From assembly GCF_020745735.1 (NCBI RefSeq), contig NC_083445.1, positions 2,108,001 through 2,172,000 on the forward strand: DNA of 64,000 nucleotides, read 5' to 3'. The notes below the pieces were generated by a model. It did no database searches. It saw only the letters and a list, made by a program, of their open reading frames with translations, and was not told the DNA's origin. Positions 23,791-34,849 of this stretch are shown piece by piece (the stretch's first letter is position 1; each line of letters starts with the position of its first letter). Origin of the DNA: Hemiscyllium ocellatum. Taxonomy: Eukaryota. The translations under genes were made by a program, and so were the position numbers.

Positions 23791-25336
23791 CCAGCGATTT
23801 CCCAAATGAATCATTTGGGTTTAATCCAACTGAACTATTCAATGAGCATGAGACAAGCCATTAAAATTGATTATGGAAGAGTTCTTAAGACAAAAGAACA
23901 TAAATTGGTCACTATTGGATTGTATGTTCATGTTTCTACAGACTTAAGGGAGCACATAAAATTGTGCAGCAGCATTTAAACACCTCCCAGGAGATTATGA
24001 AAAGAATAGGCAGATAAGCATGTTGTCAACAGAACATTAGATAGTTGCAAGCAGGATACAAAGCATTTGTGCGCTTAAACAGGATGAACCTCTGAAAGCA
24101 ATGATCAGTGGTCAATAGAAACATGTTAAGACAGTAAGTAAGGTGACTTCTCTGGGTTTTAAATGGCCCCAGTTACATTCCAAAGACTTTTGCATCAAGC
24201 CATTGCTAAAGTACCTGACATTGCAGTTTTATTAGACAATGTTGTGATATACATGGGAAGACCATGTAAGGTACTTAGAGGACCTACTTAAACAATTGTA
24301 GTCAGCTGGCTTAGTAATAAATCTGGCCACAAGTGAATTCACAAAAGCAAAGGTAACTTGGGATACTTCATAGGGCAAAGGTAAATATTACCAAGGACAG
24401 CATAAGTGAAGGAAGGATCTGATTGAATTCCACATTTCTAAAGCTGAATAGAAAATCCGGAGATTTTTAGGAATATATGAGCTTTGTTAAGTGGACTTCA
24501 GTACAATAGCTGTGACTTGTGATGATTCTGGGAATAGTGAGACCTGATCTCCAGTACACTACTTCACAGAGTTATGACAGTGAGAAGGTTGGAGTAAATC
24601 TCCACCAGGTCTGTGTGTCAATCACTTCCACCAATAGTCTCATTGCTACACTTGAGACAGGTAAATTGGTGAAAACAAAATCATGTATGATTTTGTCTCT
24701 CCTTGGTTCCCACCTCATCTACTGCAGAACCAATCTAGCAGTTATGTCCTTTCGGACTCTGCTAGCTCAATCAATAGTGGTGTTACTGAGATACTTCTGG
24801 TAATGGTCACTGAATTTGTGTACTCAGAGTGCACTGTGTACCCTTGCTACCTTCAGTGCCCAAATCAATGTAGTGAATTAGATGGGTTTTTATTACAATC
24901 AATAATGGTTTCTTCATAATCATCATCATTAGACGAGCTTTCAATTGAACTTAATTGCACCAGCTGTCATGGTGGGATTTAATTCATGCCCCCAGATTAT
25001 TGCCAGTTCAGTGACAGTACCACTACAACACCAGTTCCTCACTTCTGCAGCCTCCTCAATTTTGAAAAACAAAAATGATGAAAAACAAGTGAAAGCAGCA
25101 CAGCCAACTCTGTTGTGGGGTGGCAGGGAGAATCTTTCGAGATGGCAGTCTTCAACTGGACCTGCACTAAGGCAGGCATGGAAGGCCACAAGCCGCCTTG
25201 AGCGTTGGTCGCCCAGTCTGCCTCTGGTTGCATACTTCCAAGCAGTTCATCAGACTGTGTTGTGTTGGGAAACTGGAGGCTGACTGAAAGCTCCCACATG
25301 GCCTCCATTATTCCCCTTAACAAAAGTATGAATGAG

Positions 25337-25426
25337 TCGAGAGTGTGGTGCTGGAAAAGCATGGCAAGTCAGGCAGCATTTGAGGAGCAGGAAAATCGAC
25401 ATTTTGGGCAAAAGCACTTCAGCAGG
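25337..25426 (-). mobile_element. Hammerhead-headed PLE mini-insertion with 15-bp TSD
   Basis: AAAAGTATGAATGAG at 25322-25336 and 25427-25441. The insert ends at the 5' edge of a mutated hammerhead core (reverse complement CCTGCTGAAGTGCTTTTGCCC). Confidence 0.85.
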
Positions 25427-25642
25427 AAAAGTATGAATGAGCTTAATTGGCTACCTGCAGAAGTGGGTTGGGAATTTCTATGGGCCTATACACACCTCAT
25501 GCTACCTGCAGAAGTTCACAACCTTTTGGGAAACTGCATACTGGTCAGTCCAATTCCATTCCTGATCCACACCAAGTGGAGGCCTGAAACTTTAAACGCA
25601 CTATTTCAGTGAAACCTGTTAACTGTGATTCTGCTTTCACAG

Positions 25643-25957
25643 ATCGAGAGATAAGCATTACATTACTCCCTAAAGTACTGGAGATTAACAGATCCTATAG
25701 TCTGGAGTGCATTGGCCCAAGAGTCTATCCAAACAACAAACTCATACTCACATGGCTGAGAGGTAGCGAGATTCTTCAGAGAAATTCCACAGGCGAACCA
25801 GGTTCTGTGGATGAAGATAAAAGGTTGAGAAATGACTTCAATTTCATTGCAAGTCAATCAGATGATGGACAGGAGTACACCTGCTTGGCTGAAGTGGACT
25901 TGGGCTCTCAGACCACAAAGTCAATTACAAACTCTTCTGTCACTCTGCAAACTTATG
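25643..25957 (+). CDS. Ig exon (ICAM/VCAM domain-2-like) of the ICAM/VCAM-like gene
   Basis: TTTCACAG| acceptor and G|GTAAGT donor, phase 1-1, 105 open codons. REISITLLP..LECIGPRVYPNNKLILTWLRGSEILQR..GEP..DDGQEYTCLAEVDL..LQTY parallels ICAM-1 D2 (LLRGEKELKR..GEP..HGANFSCRTELDL..LQTF). An in-frame upstream AG at 25608-09 is an alternative acceptor. Confidence 0.9.
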
Positions 25958-26834
25958 GTAAGTTCTAATTGCACAAGAAATGCTCTCTTTCTTTAGAGAA
26001 TACCATTGATTAAATACCTATAATTTGTTGAGAATAAGCAATGGGAAGCAATCTAGAGATGAGCTTCTCATGAGTTCTTGTTTTGTCCCCATTACAAAAT
26101 ATGATGGATAAGAATTGTTTGTCCTGGATAATGGTGCAAACATGCAATTTTCTCACCTGTAGTAGAGATGGGTACAAATACAACATTTGCACAGAAGTGG
26201 CTTAGAGGGATATGGGTCAAATATAGGTGAATGGGGGTAATTCAGTTTAGGAAACCTGGTCTGTTACCGTGTTGGATGACTCTATGACCTGTTCATGGTG
26301 TAATTCTAAATGTTCTACAAACCTTTAAGCCTGCCAGAGAGTGTGCAAAATCTAGTCCAAAAAAAGTCAATAAAATCTTTGCGAGGGAGATAAACATAAG
26401 GAACAGGTGTGGGAACTCTGCTGTTCAATGGCTAATCTTTGACTGTAGCCCCATGTCCTTACCCATTCCCACATCTCTTGATTCTCCTTCTTCGAGGTGG
26501 AGAGCTCAAGTTGGAGAATGTTCTGACTTACCAGACATTCCATTGGTTAAAGTGTATTGATGGGCGCTCCTTCCACTTTCAGGAACACTGGGTGGCTGAG
26601 GCAGTCACCTCTTGCTTTGCCACATGGCAGCCAGCAGATTCCTGACAGTGACAGGAATTTCTGAAGGAATTTCATCTAGCTGCCTTAAACATCACTCAAT
26701 GATGAGGAGAGGGGGGTGATAAATAGTTCAGAAAACCTCATTATAAAGAGAGGGCAAAGAAAACTACAAAAATCTACACCCGGGTTATGAACACTGAAGT
26801 TCCAGCCTTAGTCAGGATGTCATAGAGAGACACT

Positions 26835-27050
26835 GAGAACTGCAGATGCTGGAGGTCAGAGCTTAAAAATATGTTGCTGGAAAAGTGCAGCAGGTCAGGC
26901 AACATCAAAGGAGCAGGAGAATCGACATTTCAGGCATAAGCCCTTCTTCAGGTTCTCCTGTTCCTTTGATGCTGCCTGACCTGCTGCTCCTCAGATACTG
27001 CCTGACCTCCTGCACATTTCCAGCACCACATATTTCGAGTCATATTATAG
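26835..27050. mobile_element. Fold-back PLE terminus
   Basis: A minus terminus ending at the hammerhead edge (GCCCTTCTTCAGG, about 26957) is followed directly by plus-strand tail copies. Confidence 0.75.
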
Positions 27051-27264
27051 ACAGATGCAAGTGAAGATCACAGTGAAGGTTAATCAGGGTTACATTATTA
27101 TGCTACTCAGACTGATTGGTGCACATGAAACATACTTAAGAGTTGAAATACCTGAAAAGTAGCAAGAATTAATTTAAAAATAAAAGTGAACTTCTGCAGA
27201 TGTCCAGTTTTCTGACTATGACTGAATGTGATATATTTCTGGGATGATGTCAGTTTTCACTCTA

Positions 27265-27381
27265 GATGAAAGTGAGGACTGTAGATGCTGGAGATTAGAG
27301 TCGAGAGAGTAAAAGCACAGCAGGTCAGGCAGTATCCGAGGAGCATTAGAATCAACATTTTGGGCAAAAGCCCTTCATCAG
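27265..27381 (-). mobile_element. Hammerhead-headed PLE mini-insertion with about 15-bp TSD
   Basis: TCAGTTTTCACTCTA (27250-27264) and TCAGTTTTCCACTCTA (27378-27393). The insert stops at the CTGATGA core. Confidence 0.8.
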
Positions 27382-27458
27382 TTTTCCACTCTATCCATTC
27401 AAAACTGAAACATACTGCAGCAAATTAAAATGAAGTGAATTTCTTGTCTGTATTACAG

Positions 27459-27752
27459 CTTTCATGGATCAGCCAAAAATCCTGGACAAAAGACCCAAAG
27501 AAGTGAAGCGAGAGGTCACATTAACATGTGAGGTCTCAAATGTCTATCCTGCTGAGAAGATGAGAGTAAGATGGTTTCAGGATGGTGTGGAACTGAACTC
27601 AGATACCACAAGGCCAAATTCCAACACTGTCCGAATAACAGCAGCATGGACACCACAGGAATCTGGTCTGATGGAAGTCGTCTGTATGGCCGATTTTGAG
27701 AAATATCCATCAATTCCCTCAAAGAATAATAGTGCTTTCATTGAGGTGTATG
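27459..27752 (+). CDS. Second intact Ig exon of the ICAM/VCAM-like gene
   Basis: TATTACAG| acceptor and G|GTAAGA donor, phase 1-1, 98 open codons. AFMDQPKI..VTLTCEVSNVYPAEKMRVRWFQDG..EVVCMADF..IEVY has the Ig Cys-Trp-Cys pattern and a VCAM-like VYP motif. Confidence 0.9.
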
Positions 27753-27769
27753 GTAAGAATTCTGGTTAT

Positions 27770-28200
27770 AGAGTCATAGAGATGTACAGCATGGAAACAG
27801 ACCCTTCGGTCCAACCCATCCATGCCGATCAGATATCCTAACCCAATCTAGTCCCACCTGCCAGCACCCGGCCCATATCCCTCCAAACCCTTCCTATTCA
27901 TATACCCATCCAAATGCCTCTTAAATGTTGCAATTGTACCAGCCTCCACCACATCCTCTGGCAGCTCAATCCAGACACGTACCACCCTCTGCGTGAAAAA
28001 GTTGCCCCTTAAGTCTGTTTTATATCTTTCCCCTCTCACCCTAAACCTATGCCCTCTAGTTCTGGACTCGCTGACCCCAGGGAAAAGATTTTGTCTATTT
28101 ATCCTATCCATGCTCCTCATAATTTTGTAAACCTCTACAAGGTCATCTCTCAGCCTCCGACGCTCCAGGGAAAACAGCCCCAGCCTGTTAAGGCTCTCTC
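27770..28200 (-). mobile_element. Young CR1 3' end in the last intron
   Basis: Near reverse complement of about 10170-10590. Minus ORF 27848-28120 contains FTQRVVRVW. Confidence 0.9.
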
Positions 28201-28204
28201 TGTA

Positions 28205-28447
28205 GCTCAGACCTACATCCCCATTCTAAGTGATTAAAGACTTAACAGCAATCTAGGTTTGTTCAATACATTGCATCAGTCGTATCTTTTATTATAAATT
28301 CTGTGTCCTACGATCCTACTTCACAAGCTACCTGATGAAGGAGCAATGCTCTGAAAGCTTGTACTTTCAAATAAACCTGTTGGTCTATAACCTGGTGATA
28401 TGTGGTTTTTAGTTTTGTCCACCCTAGTCGACACTGGCATCTCGACC
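28205..28447 (+). mobile_element. PLE family-B terminus
   Basis: Matches 62025-62275 and carries the hammerhead at 28329-28363. Confidence 0.8.
28329..28363 (+). ncRNA. Minimal type-I hammerhead ribozyme motif (family B)
   Basis: UAC-CUGAUGA-A-GGAGC-AAU-GCUCU-GAAA-GC-UU-GUA: stem I UAC/GUA, intact cores, stem II of 5 bp and a palindromic AGCU stem III. One extra A follows A9. Activity is untested. Confidence 0.65.
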
Positions 28448-28594
28448 TTAATGGGGAAACCCACTTTTAATTAGGAGAGAGGATATAAAGGATTAATAAC
28501 TTTAAAGTGGAAGCTTAAAGCAATATTTGCATGTTATTGTGTAATGAAAGCTTTTGATAATAATTTAATCATTCTTTACTTTTCTTTAATTCAG

Positions 28595-28716
28595 GTCAAA
28601 CAACAGCCAGAAGGCTTGCAGCAAAGATCATTGGCCTCTCCTCTGTTGTAATCATAGCTGGAGAATTGTTATTTATCACAATCACTTACTGCATCAAACA
28701 AAATAAAAAGAAGTAA
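28595..28716 (+). CDS. Terminal exon: stalk, transmembrane helix and short basic tail
   Basis: Polypyrimidine tract plus TTCAG| acceptor, phase 1. It reads GQTTARRLAAKIIGLSSVVIIAGELLFITITYCIKQNKKK* with the stop at 28714-28716. Confidence 0.85.
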
Positions 28717-28759
28717 ACATAAATAATCAATGTATATACAGCCAAGATCAATGTTTATG

Positions 28760-29550
28760 ATGATACGGTCTCAGAACTGACACAATAAAAGACTAAACAA
28801 CCCCATCACTAATATCTACATGACAATGTGCAAATTGCCAAGGCATTTCCTGTCTGTAAAAAGCAGGACAAATCCAAATTAGCCAATTACCGCCCCATCA
28901 ACCTCTTCAGTGAAATGATAGGGGGAGTTGTTTCACGGTGTTATCACTTGCACACAAAAAACTGCTCACTCACCATCCGTTTGGGTTCTCCCAAGGTCCA
29001 GTTGGCTCCTTAATCCAATGCAGCCTTCATCCAAACATGGACAAAATTAAATGCACAAGCAATACAGTGAAAGTGTCTGTCCTTGACATTAAGTCATCAC
29101 TTGATCAACTGTAGCATCATGAAGCAAACTGAAGTCAATGAAAATCAGGGAGAAAACGCCTCATTGGATGAAATCATACTTTGCGCAAAGGAAGATGGAT
29201 GTGCTTGTTGGAAGTAAATTGTCTCAGCCATAGGACATTACAGCAGGAGTTCCTCAAAGTAGTGTCTTGCCACAATCATCTTAGATGTTTCATCAATGTT
29301 TTTCTCTCAAATGTAAAATCAGAAATGTTCACTGATTGTTACACAATATTCAGCACCATTTTCAACTCCTCAGATACTAAAGCAGACCATGCAAATATGC
29401 AGGAAGGACTGGACAACATTCAGACCTTGTGCTAATAAATGGCAACTAAACATCTCTCCAACAAAAAATATCTCCCTTTGACATTCAATGGCATTATTAT
29501 CAGTGAATTCCCTACTATCAACATCCTGGGCTACTACTGACCAGAAACCA
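28760..29550 (+). mobile_element. Degraded LINE RT fragment (CR1/L2-group)
   Basis: ORF 28828-29013 reads PVCKKQDKSKLANYRPINL, and a GVPQ-like remnant lies at about 29245. Confidence 0.7.
28784..28789 (+). promoter_or_regulatory. Candidate polyadenylation signal
   Basis: First AATAAA downstream of the stop codon, about 70 nt after it. Confidence 0.4.
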
Positions 29551-31330
29551 AACTGGACCTTTCTCTTTCAACTTAATACACTCCTTAACCTCCTTGGTTA
29601 ACCATGGTTAGTTTATCCCTCTCTTGGAATCCTTCTTCCTTACTGGGAGGCATCCACGCTGAAAGTCATGAATTACCTCCTTAAATGTCTGCCACTGCTT
29701 GTTTACTTTTATTCCTAATCTATTCACCTAATTTACTTTAGCTAATTCTATCCTCATTTCATTGTAATTTCCTTTATTTTTCCGACCCAAGTTTCTCACT
29801 CTTGAACTGAATATTAAAGTTGAAAATGTGTTGCTGGAAAAGCGCAGCAGGTCAGTCAGCATCCAAGGAACAGGAGATTCGACGTTTCGGGCATAAGCCC
29901 TTCTTCAGGAATGTTAAATTCTACCACGTAATGCTCAATTCTTCCTTGGGGATCTTTTACTTGGGGGTCATTATTAAACCTGTCTCACTACCCTACACAT
30001 GACTCAAGATAGTCGGCTCCTTTGTTGGTACTTTAACATATTACTCTAGGAAACTATCCCTAATGCATTCCCTGAATTTGTTATCATAGCTACCCTTTTG
30101 AATTTGATTAACCTAATCAACTTGAAGATTGAAGCAATCCATAATTATTCCACTATTCTTTTTACATGTGCCCATTATTTGTTGATATATAGACTGTCCT
30201 ATAGCATGACAATTGTTTGGGGAACTGTACATTACTTCTATTAATGTCTTTTTTCCCTTACTGTGTTTTACTTCACATCAAGTATGTGGAATGAACTGCG
30301 AGAAGAAGTGATAGATGCAGGTATGTTTACAACATTTAAAAGATAGTTGGATAGAATAGAAAAGATTTAGAGGGATATGGGCCAAATTCCGGAAAATGGG
30401 ACTAGTTTAGTCTGGGCTATTTGGTCGTCATGGATGAGTTGGACCAAAGGGGATGTTTCCATGCTGTATGACTCTATGACTTTACATCATCTAAGCCTAG
30501 ATCATTTCTCACAACTGTCTTCATTTCGTTTTATATTAATGGTGCTGCCCTACCACCTTTTCCCTCTGTCCTGTCTTTCTGAAAGGTCAAATATCCCTGA
30601 CTGACCTTTGATCTTCTTGTAACCACGTCTCCGTAATGGCTGAGATCATATCCATTTATCTTGATTTGCGCTGTCAGTTCGTCTACCTCATTGTATTCAG
30701 ATACAAAGCTTTAGGTTTGTTCTATTATTGAGTTTCCCTATGCTTTCATTGCTCTTTGATACAATATGATATTAACACATTGTCCCTTCCTATTATTTTC
30801 TAGAACAACCGATCCCATCATTAATGTGCAATTCTACCTTCTCCTTTATCTTTGATATTCCAGTTTTCAATGCAACTGAACCCACCCGCACCCTGACTAT
30901 ATTATCCCCGTTTACAACTACATTTCTCTTTCCTCCACCCCTTTTAATGGTTGTCTGTACCACAGTGCTATGGTTATTTTGATCATGCTCCCTGTCTGAC
31001 CCATTAGACAAGCTCAAGGGTTGAGTCTCCTTCAGCATAACTCCTGGATCCCCATACCTCATAGTCACACACTCCTGTCCCTCATCATCGAACAAATTCG
31101 AGGTAGTTAATCTAAGAGGTGTGACTGACTCCTGAAACACAGCATCCAGGTTACTCTTCCCCTCCCTGATGTGTCAGTGTTTGAAACTCAGACTCTAGCT
31201 CATCAACACTGATTTGGAGTTCCTCAAGCAACCCAACACTTGTTACAGATGTACCTCTTGCCCTCTTTACCAAATTCTCATACTCCAAAATCCCATACTC
31301 ATTCAAGCTGTGCCTCAATCCAGATGTGAT
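29550..31330 (-). mobile_element. Old fragmented CR1 (EN/ORF1 remnants) with younger inserts
   Basis: Minus ORF 30793-31140 contains VVVNGDNIVR, the esterase GDS-motif remnant. A plus-strand CR1 3' end is nested at about 30270-30480. Confidence 0.6.
29819..29912 (-). mobile_element. Hammerhead-headed PLE mini-insertion with 10-bp TSD and intact ribozyme motif
   Basis: TSD GAATATTAAA (29809-18) and GAATGTTAAA (29909-18). Minus 29912-29877 reads AUUC-CUGAAGA-A-GGGC-UUAU-GCCC-GAAA-C-GUC-GAAU. Confidence 0.85.
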
Positions 31331-31509
31331 ATCTCCTTACTGACCCTGCAAAACTTACTGATCAAACTAAAGTCTTCATCCAAGACATTAAGATATATTG
31401 TACATAATTGATGCACTGATCCAAAGTGGCATTCCACAAGTTACAGCCTCCCAACCTGAAAATTACTCTATCCCATTTATATCTACTTCTTGCTTCCTGT
31501 TAAAGTTGC

Positions 31510-31700
31510 CATTGTCCCAGAGGATCATTGGACTCCTCTCTCATAAGAGAGAGGTGATTGGTGGTGGTTTAACCTGAGAGTCACCACATCTCAGATGAGG
31601 TTGAGAAGGTGTGACCTTCACAGTAACCTCAGCCAATACAGACACTAAGTATGCTATTCCTGTCAATCTGCATTGCAAACCAGCCATCCAGCTAACTGAG
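31510..31700 (-). mobile_element. tRNA-derived SINE (second family, name not assigned)
   Basis: Reverse complement begins CTCAGTTAGCTGGATGGCTGG and contains GTGGTGACTCTCAGGTTAAACCACCACCA. The same core occurs at about 18040-18120. Confidence 0.55.
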
Positions 31701-32196
31701 CTGAAAATGTGTTGCTGGTTAAAGCGCAGCAGGTCAGGCAGCATCCAAGGAACAGGAAATTCGACGTTTCGGGCACAAGCCCTTCATCAGAAATGAGGAA
31801 AGTGTGTCCAGCAGGCTAAGATAAAAGGTAGGGAGGAGGGACTTGGGGGAGGGGTGATGGAGATGTGATAGGTGGAAGGAGGTCAAGGTGAGGGTGATAG
31901 GCCGGAGTTGGGTGGGGGGCGGAGAGGTCAGGAAGAATATTGCAGGTTAGGAGGGCGGTGATGAGTTCAAGGGAATCGACTGAGACAAGGTGGGGGATGG
32001 GGAAATGAGAAAACTGGAGAAATCTGAGTTCATCCCTTGTGGTTGGAGGGTTCCCAGGCGGAAGATGAGGCGCTCTTCCTCCAACTGTCGTGTTGTTATG
32101 TTCTGGCGATGGAGGAGTCCAAGGACCTGCATGTCCTTGGTGGAGTGGGAGGGGGAGTTAAAGTGTTGAGCCACGGGGTGGTTGGGTTGGTTGGTC
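31701..32196 (-). mobile_element. Penelope-like 3' fragment with 9-bp TSD and intact hammerhead
   Basis: TSD CTAACTGAG at 31692-31700 and 32197-32205. The ORF end reads RLIFRLGTLQPQGMNSDFSSFLIS. Hammerhead at 31759-31794: AUUU-CUGAUGA-A-GGGC-UUGU-GCCC-GAAA-C-GUC-GAAU. Confidence 0.9.
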
Positions 32197-33206
32197 CTAA
32201 CTGAGTTAGCTAATGACTTATCTGGCCATGCTAATATGTCACCCCCTACAGCATGAGTTCTTATTCTGTGCAGTAACATTTGGTGTAGCACATCATTAAA
32301 TGCCTTCTGGAAATTCAACTCTGTCACCTTCATTTGAGAGACAAATCGCAAACTGGGTGACTGCTTTGTGAAGACTCATGTTCTGACCCTGACCTTCCAG
32401 TTGACTGCTACCGAGTTTCCTGGCCACCATTTCTGTTTCAGGCCTGCTCCTGTGCTCCACTCGTGAAAGGAATAAAACTGAATAAAATAATGAAGTCTAA
32501 CCAAGTGCAGTATAAAAGTAAGTTTATGGATTATCCTGTAAAGACATCCTAATAGTCGATTTACCTTTGCCTGTAGCTTCTTGGCAATGGCATTAATGAT
32601 TAAGATATTCCTATTCTCTAATATATCTTCACACTCCTAAACAAAATACACACAATTTGTGTTAAGCCTACCCACTTGGTGGAGATCACTATTCAAGACC
32701 TTTTCCTCACACATACCTAAATTCAGATTATCTGATCAAATAGGAGTGATGAAGCTTATACCAAAACATACCAGATTGCAAAGACCAACTTCAAGTAATG
32801 GAGTCAATAGTAGCTTAATCACAGAAGAAAGATTCTTCAGAGTATCACTTCAATTCCATGAGCCTTTTGTAGGACAATATCAGGAATTAACAAGTTGTTT
32901 ATTTGTGCTCATTTTGTTCATTTTGTGTTCACATTTATTATTTCTGTACAATACAATAGAATTCTAACATAATAGAATTCTATCATGTAATTCTTATATT
33001 AAATTAGGATGTCAATTTATGTTGGTTGTGCTGCCCCGACACCACACTGTGTCATAACACAGCTCTTTGCTAAAACTAGGAACAAAGAAAACAATAGCTT
33101 AAATTGAACACTGCTTTTCAGTGAACATTCCAACCACTCTTAAGAAAAGCAACCATAAATCAGCAGAAAGAGACATGAGGGAAGCTGAACATAATCACAT
33201 CTGAAG

Positions 33207-34365
33207 AGTCATAGAGATGTACAGTATGGAAACAGACCCTTCAGTCCAACTCATCCATGCCAACCAAATATCCCAACCCAATCTAGTCCCACCTGCCAGC
33301 ACCCAGCCCATATCCCTGCAAACCCTTCATATACCCTCTAGATGCCTTTTAAATGTTGCACTTGTACTCGCCTCCACCACTTCCTCAGGCAGCTCAATCC
33401 ACACACGTACCACCCTCTGCATTAAAAAGTTGCTCCTTATATCTCTTTTATACGTTTCGCCTCTCATCCTAAAGCTATGCCCTCTAGTTCTGGACTCCCC
33501 CACCCCAGAAAAGAGACTTTGTTTAGTTATCCCTATGCCCCTCATGACTTTATAAACCTCTATAAGGTCACCGCTCAGCATTCAAAGCTCCAGGGAAAAC
33601 AGCATCAGCCTATTCAACCTCTCCCTATAACTCAAATTCTCCAAACCCGGCAATATGCTTATAAATCTTTCTGAAACCTTTCAGGTTTCACAACATCCTT
33701 TTAATAGGAAGGAGACCAGATTTGCATGCAATATTCCAACAGTGGCCTACCCAATGTCCTGTACAGCTGCAACATGACCTCCCAACTCCTATACTCAATA
33801 CTCTGACCGATAAAGGAAAGCATACCAAACATCTTCTTCACTATCCTATCTACTGCAACTCCACTTTCAAGGAGCTAGGAACCTGCACACCAAGGTCTCT
33901 TTGTTCAGCAACACTCTCTCGGGCCTTACCATTAAGTGTATAAGTCCTGCTAAGATTTGCTTTCCCAAAATGCAGCACCTTGCATTTATCTAAATTAAAC
34001 TCCATATGCCACTTCTCAGCTCATCGGTCCATCTGATCAAGATCCTGTTGTAATGTGAGGTAAACTTCTTCACTGTCCACTACACCTCCAATTTTGGTGT
34101 CATCTGCAAACTTACTAACTATACCTCTTATGTTCATATCTAAATCATTTATATCAATGACAAAAAGTAGTGGACCCAGCACCGATCCTTGTGGCACTCC
34201 ACTGGTCACAGGCCTCCAATCTGAAAACAAACCTCCACCACCACTCTCTGTGTTCTACCTTTGAGACAGTTCTGAATCCAAATGGCTAGTTCTCCCTGTA
34301 TTCCATGAGATCTAACCTTGCTAACCAGTCTCCCATGGGGCACCTTGTTGAACACCTTACTAAGG
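33207..34365 (-). mobile_element. CR1 3' fragment
   Basis: Minus ORF 34021-34230 reads GVPQGSVLGPLLF..KFADDTK, and the conserved 3' end lies at about 33207. Confidence 0.9.
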
Positions 34366-34849
34366 ACAAATTTGAAAGAAAAATAGATAATAAGTCAGAA
34401 GAATTTGTGAAGAGATTTCCAAATTGTAAGGGAATGCTGGCTGATGATGGCACTTGACACAGTGAAAGGGAAAAGATGTGCATTAGAAAGAAGCTTCGCA
34501 ACTGAAAGAAAACCTACCATATCTGGGACAGAACACCTAATAAACATTTACTAAGGGAATCATGAGGGAGAATGAGAGAGCGAGCCTAAAGCGAAGGACA
34601 TCTAACCAGTGAAAGAGAAATGGGAGAGCATGGGTGACAGCCGGAGAGCAAGCCGAAGGCGGATGTGAGTGAGCACGAAGTATCCCAGCAACTGTAGCAT
34701 CGGCAATTGCAGAGTCAAAAGCAGAGAGGGTCAAACTCTTGTGGGGAGTGCAAGCCCAGCATGGTTAAGCATTTAAGAAGGGACTCTCATGTTGAACTAC
34801 TAACTTTATTTCTTTATTTTTCTACTTCATACTAAGAAGGATTTTACTA

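Larger units (their letters stand above)
20700..24500 (+). mobile_element. Gmr1-type Gypsy LTR retrotransposon relic with nested insertions
   Basis: Gag motif VIPKFEEKNVEAFFMSLEKL (about 21378-21440). Integrase motifs EKLTQYCS*YGLPIEIQSD*GSN (about 22142-22210) and NESFGFNPTELF (about 23808). RT/RH-like remnants at about 24190-24480. Integrase lies upstream of RT. Confidence 0.7.

Noticed and set aside
24941-25362. Overlapping ORFs upstream of the D2 exon considered as a missing Ig domain
   Set aside because: They lack the Ig Cys/Trp pattern and phase-1 splice sites, and part of the region is repeat-derived.
32442-32485. Possible alternative terminal exon (GLLLCSTRERNKTE*) giving a soluble isoform
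   Set aside because: An acceptor and AATAAA motifs are present, but such a short frame is expected by chance and it lies beyond the TM exon's poly(A) signal.
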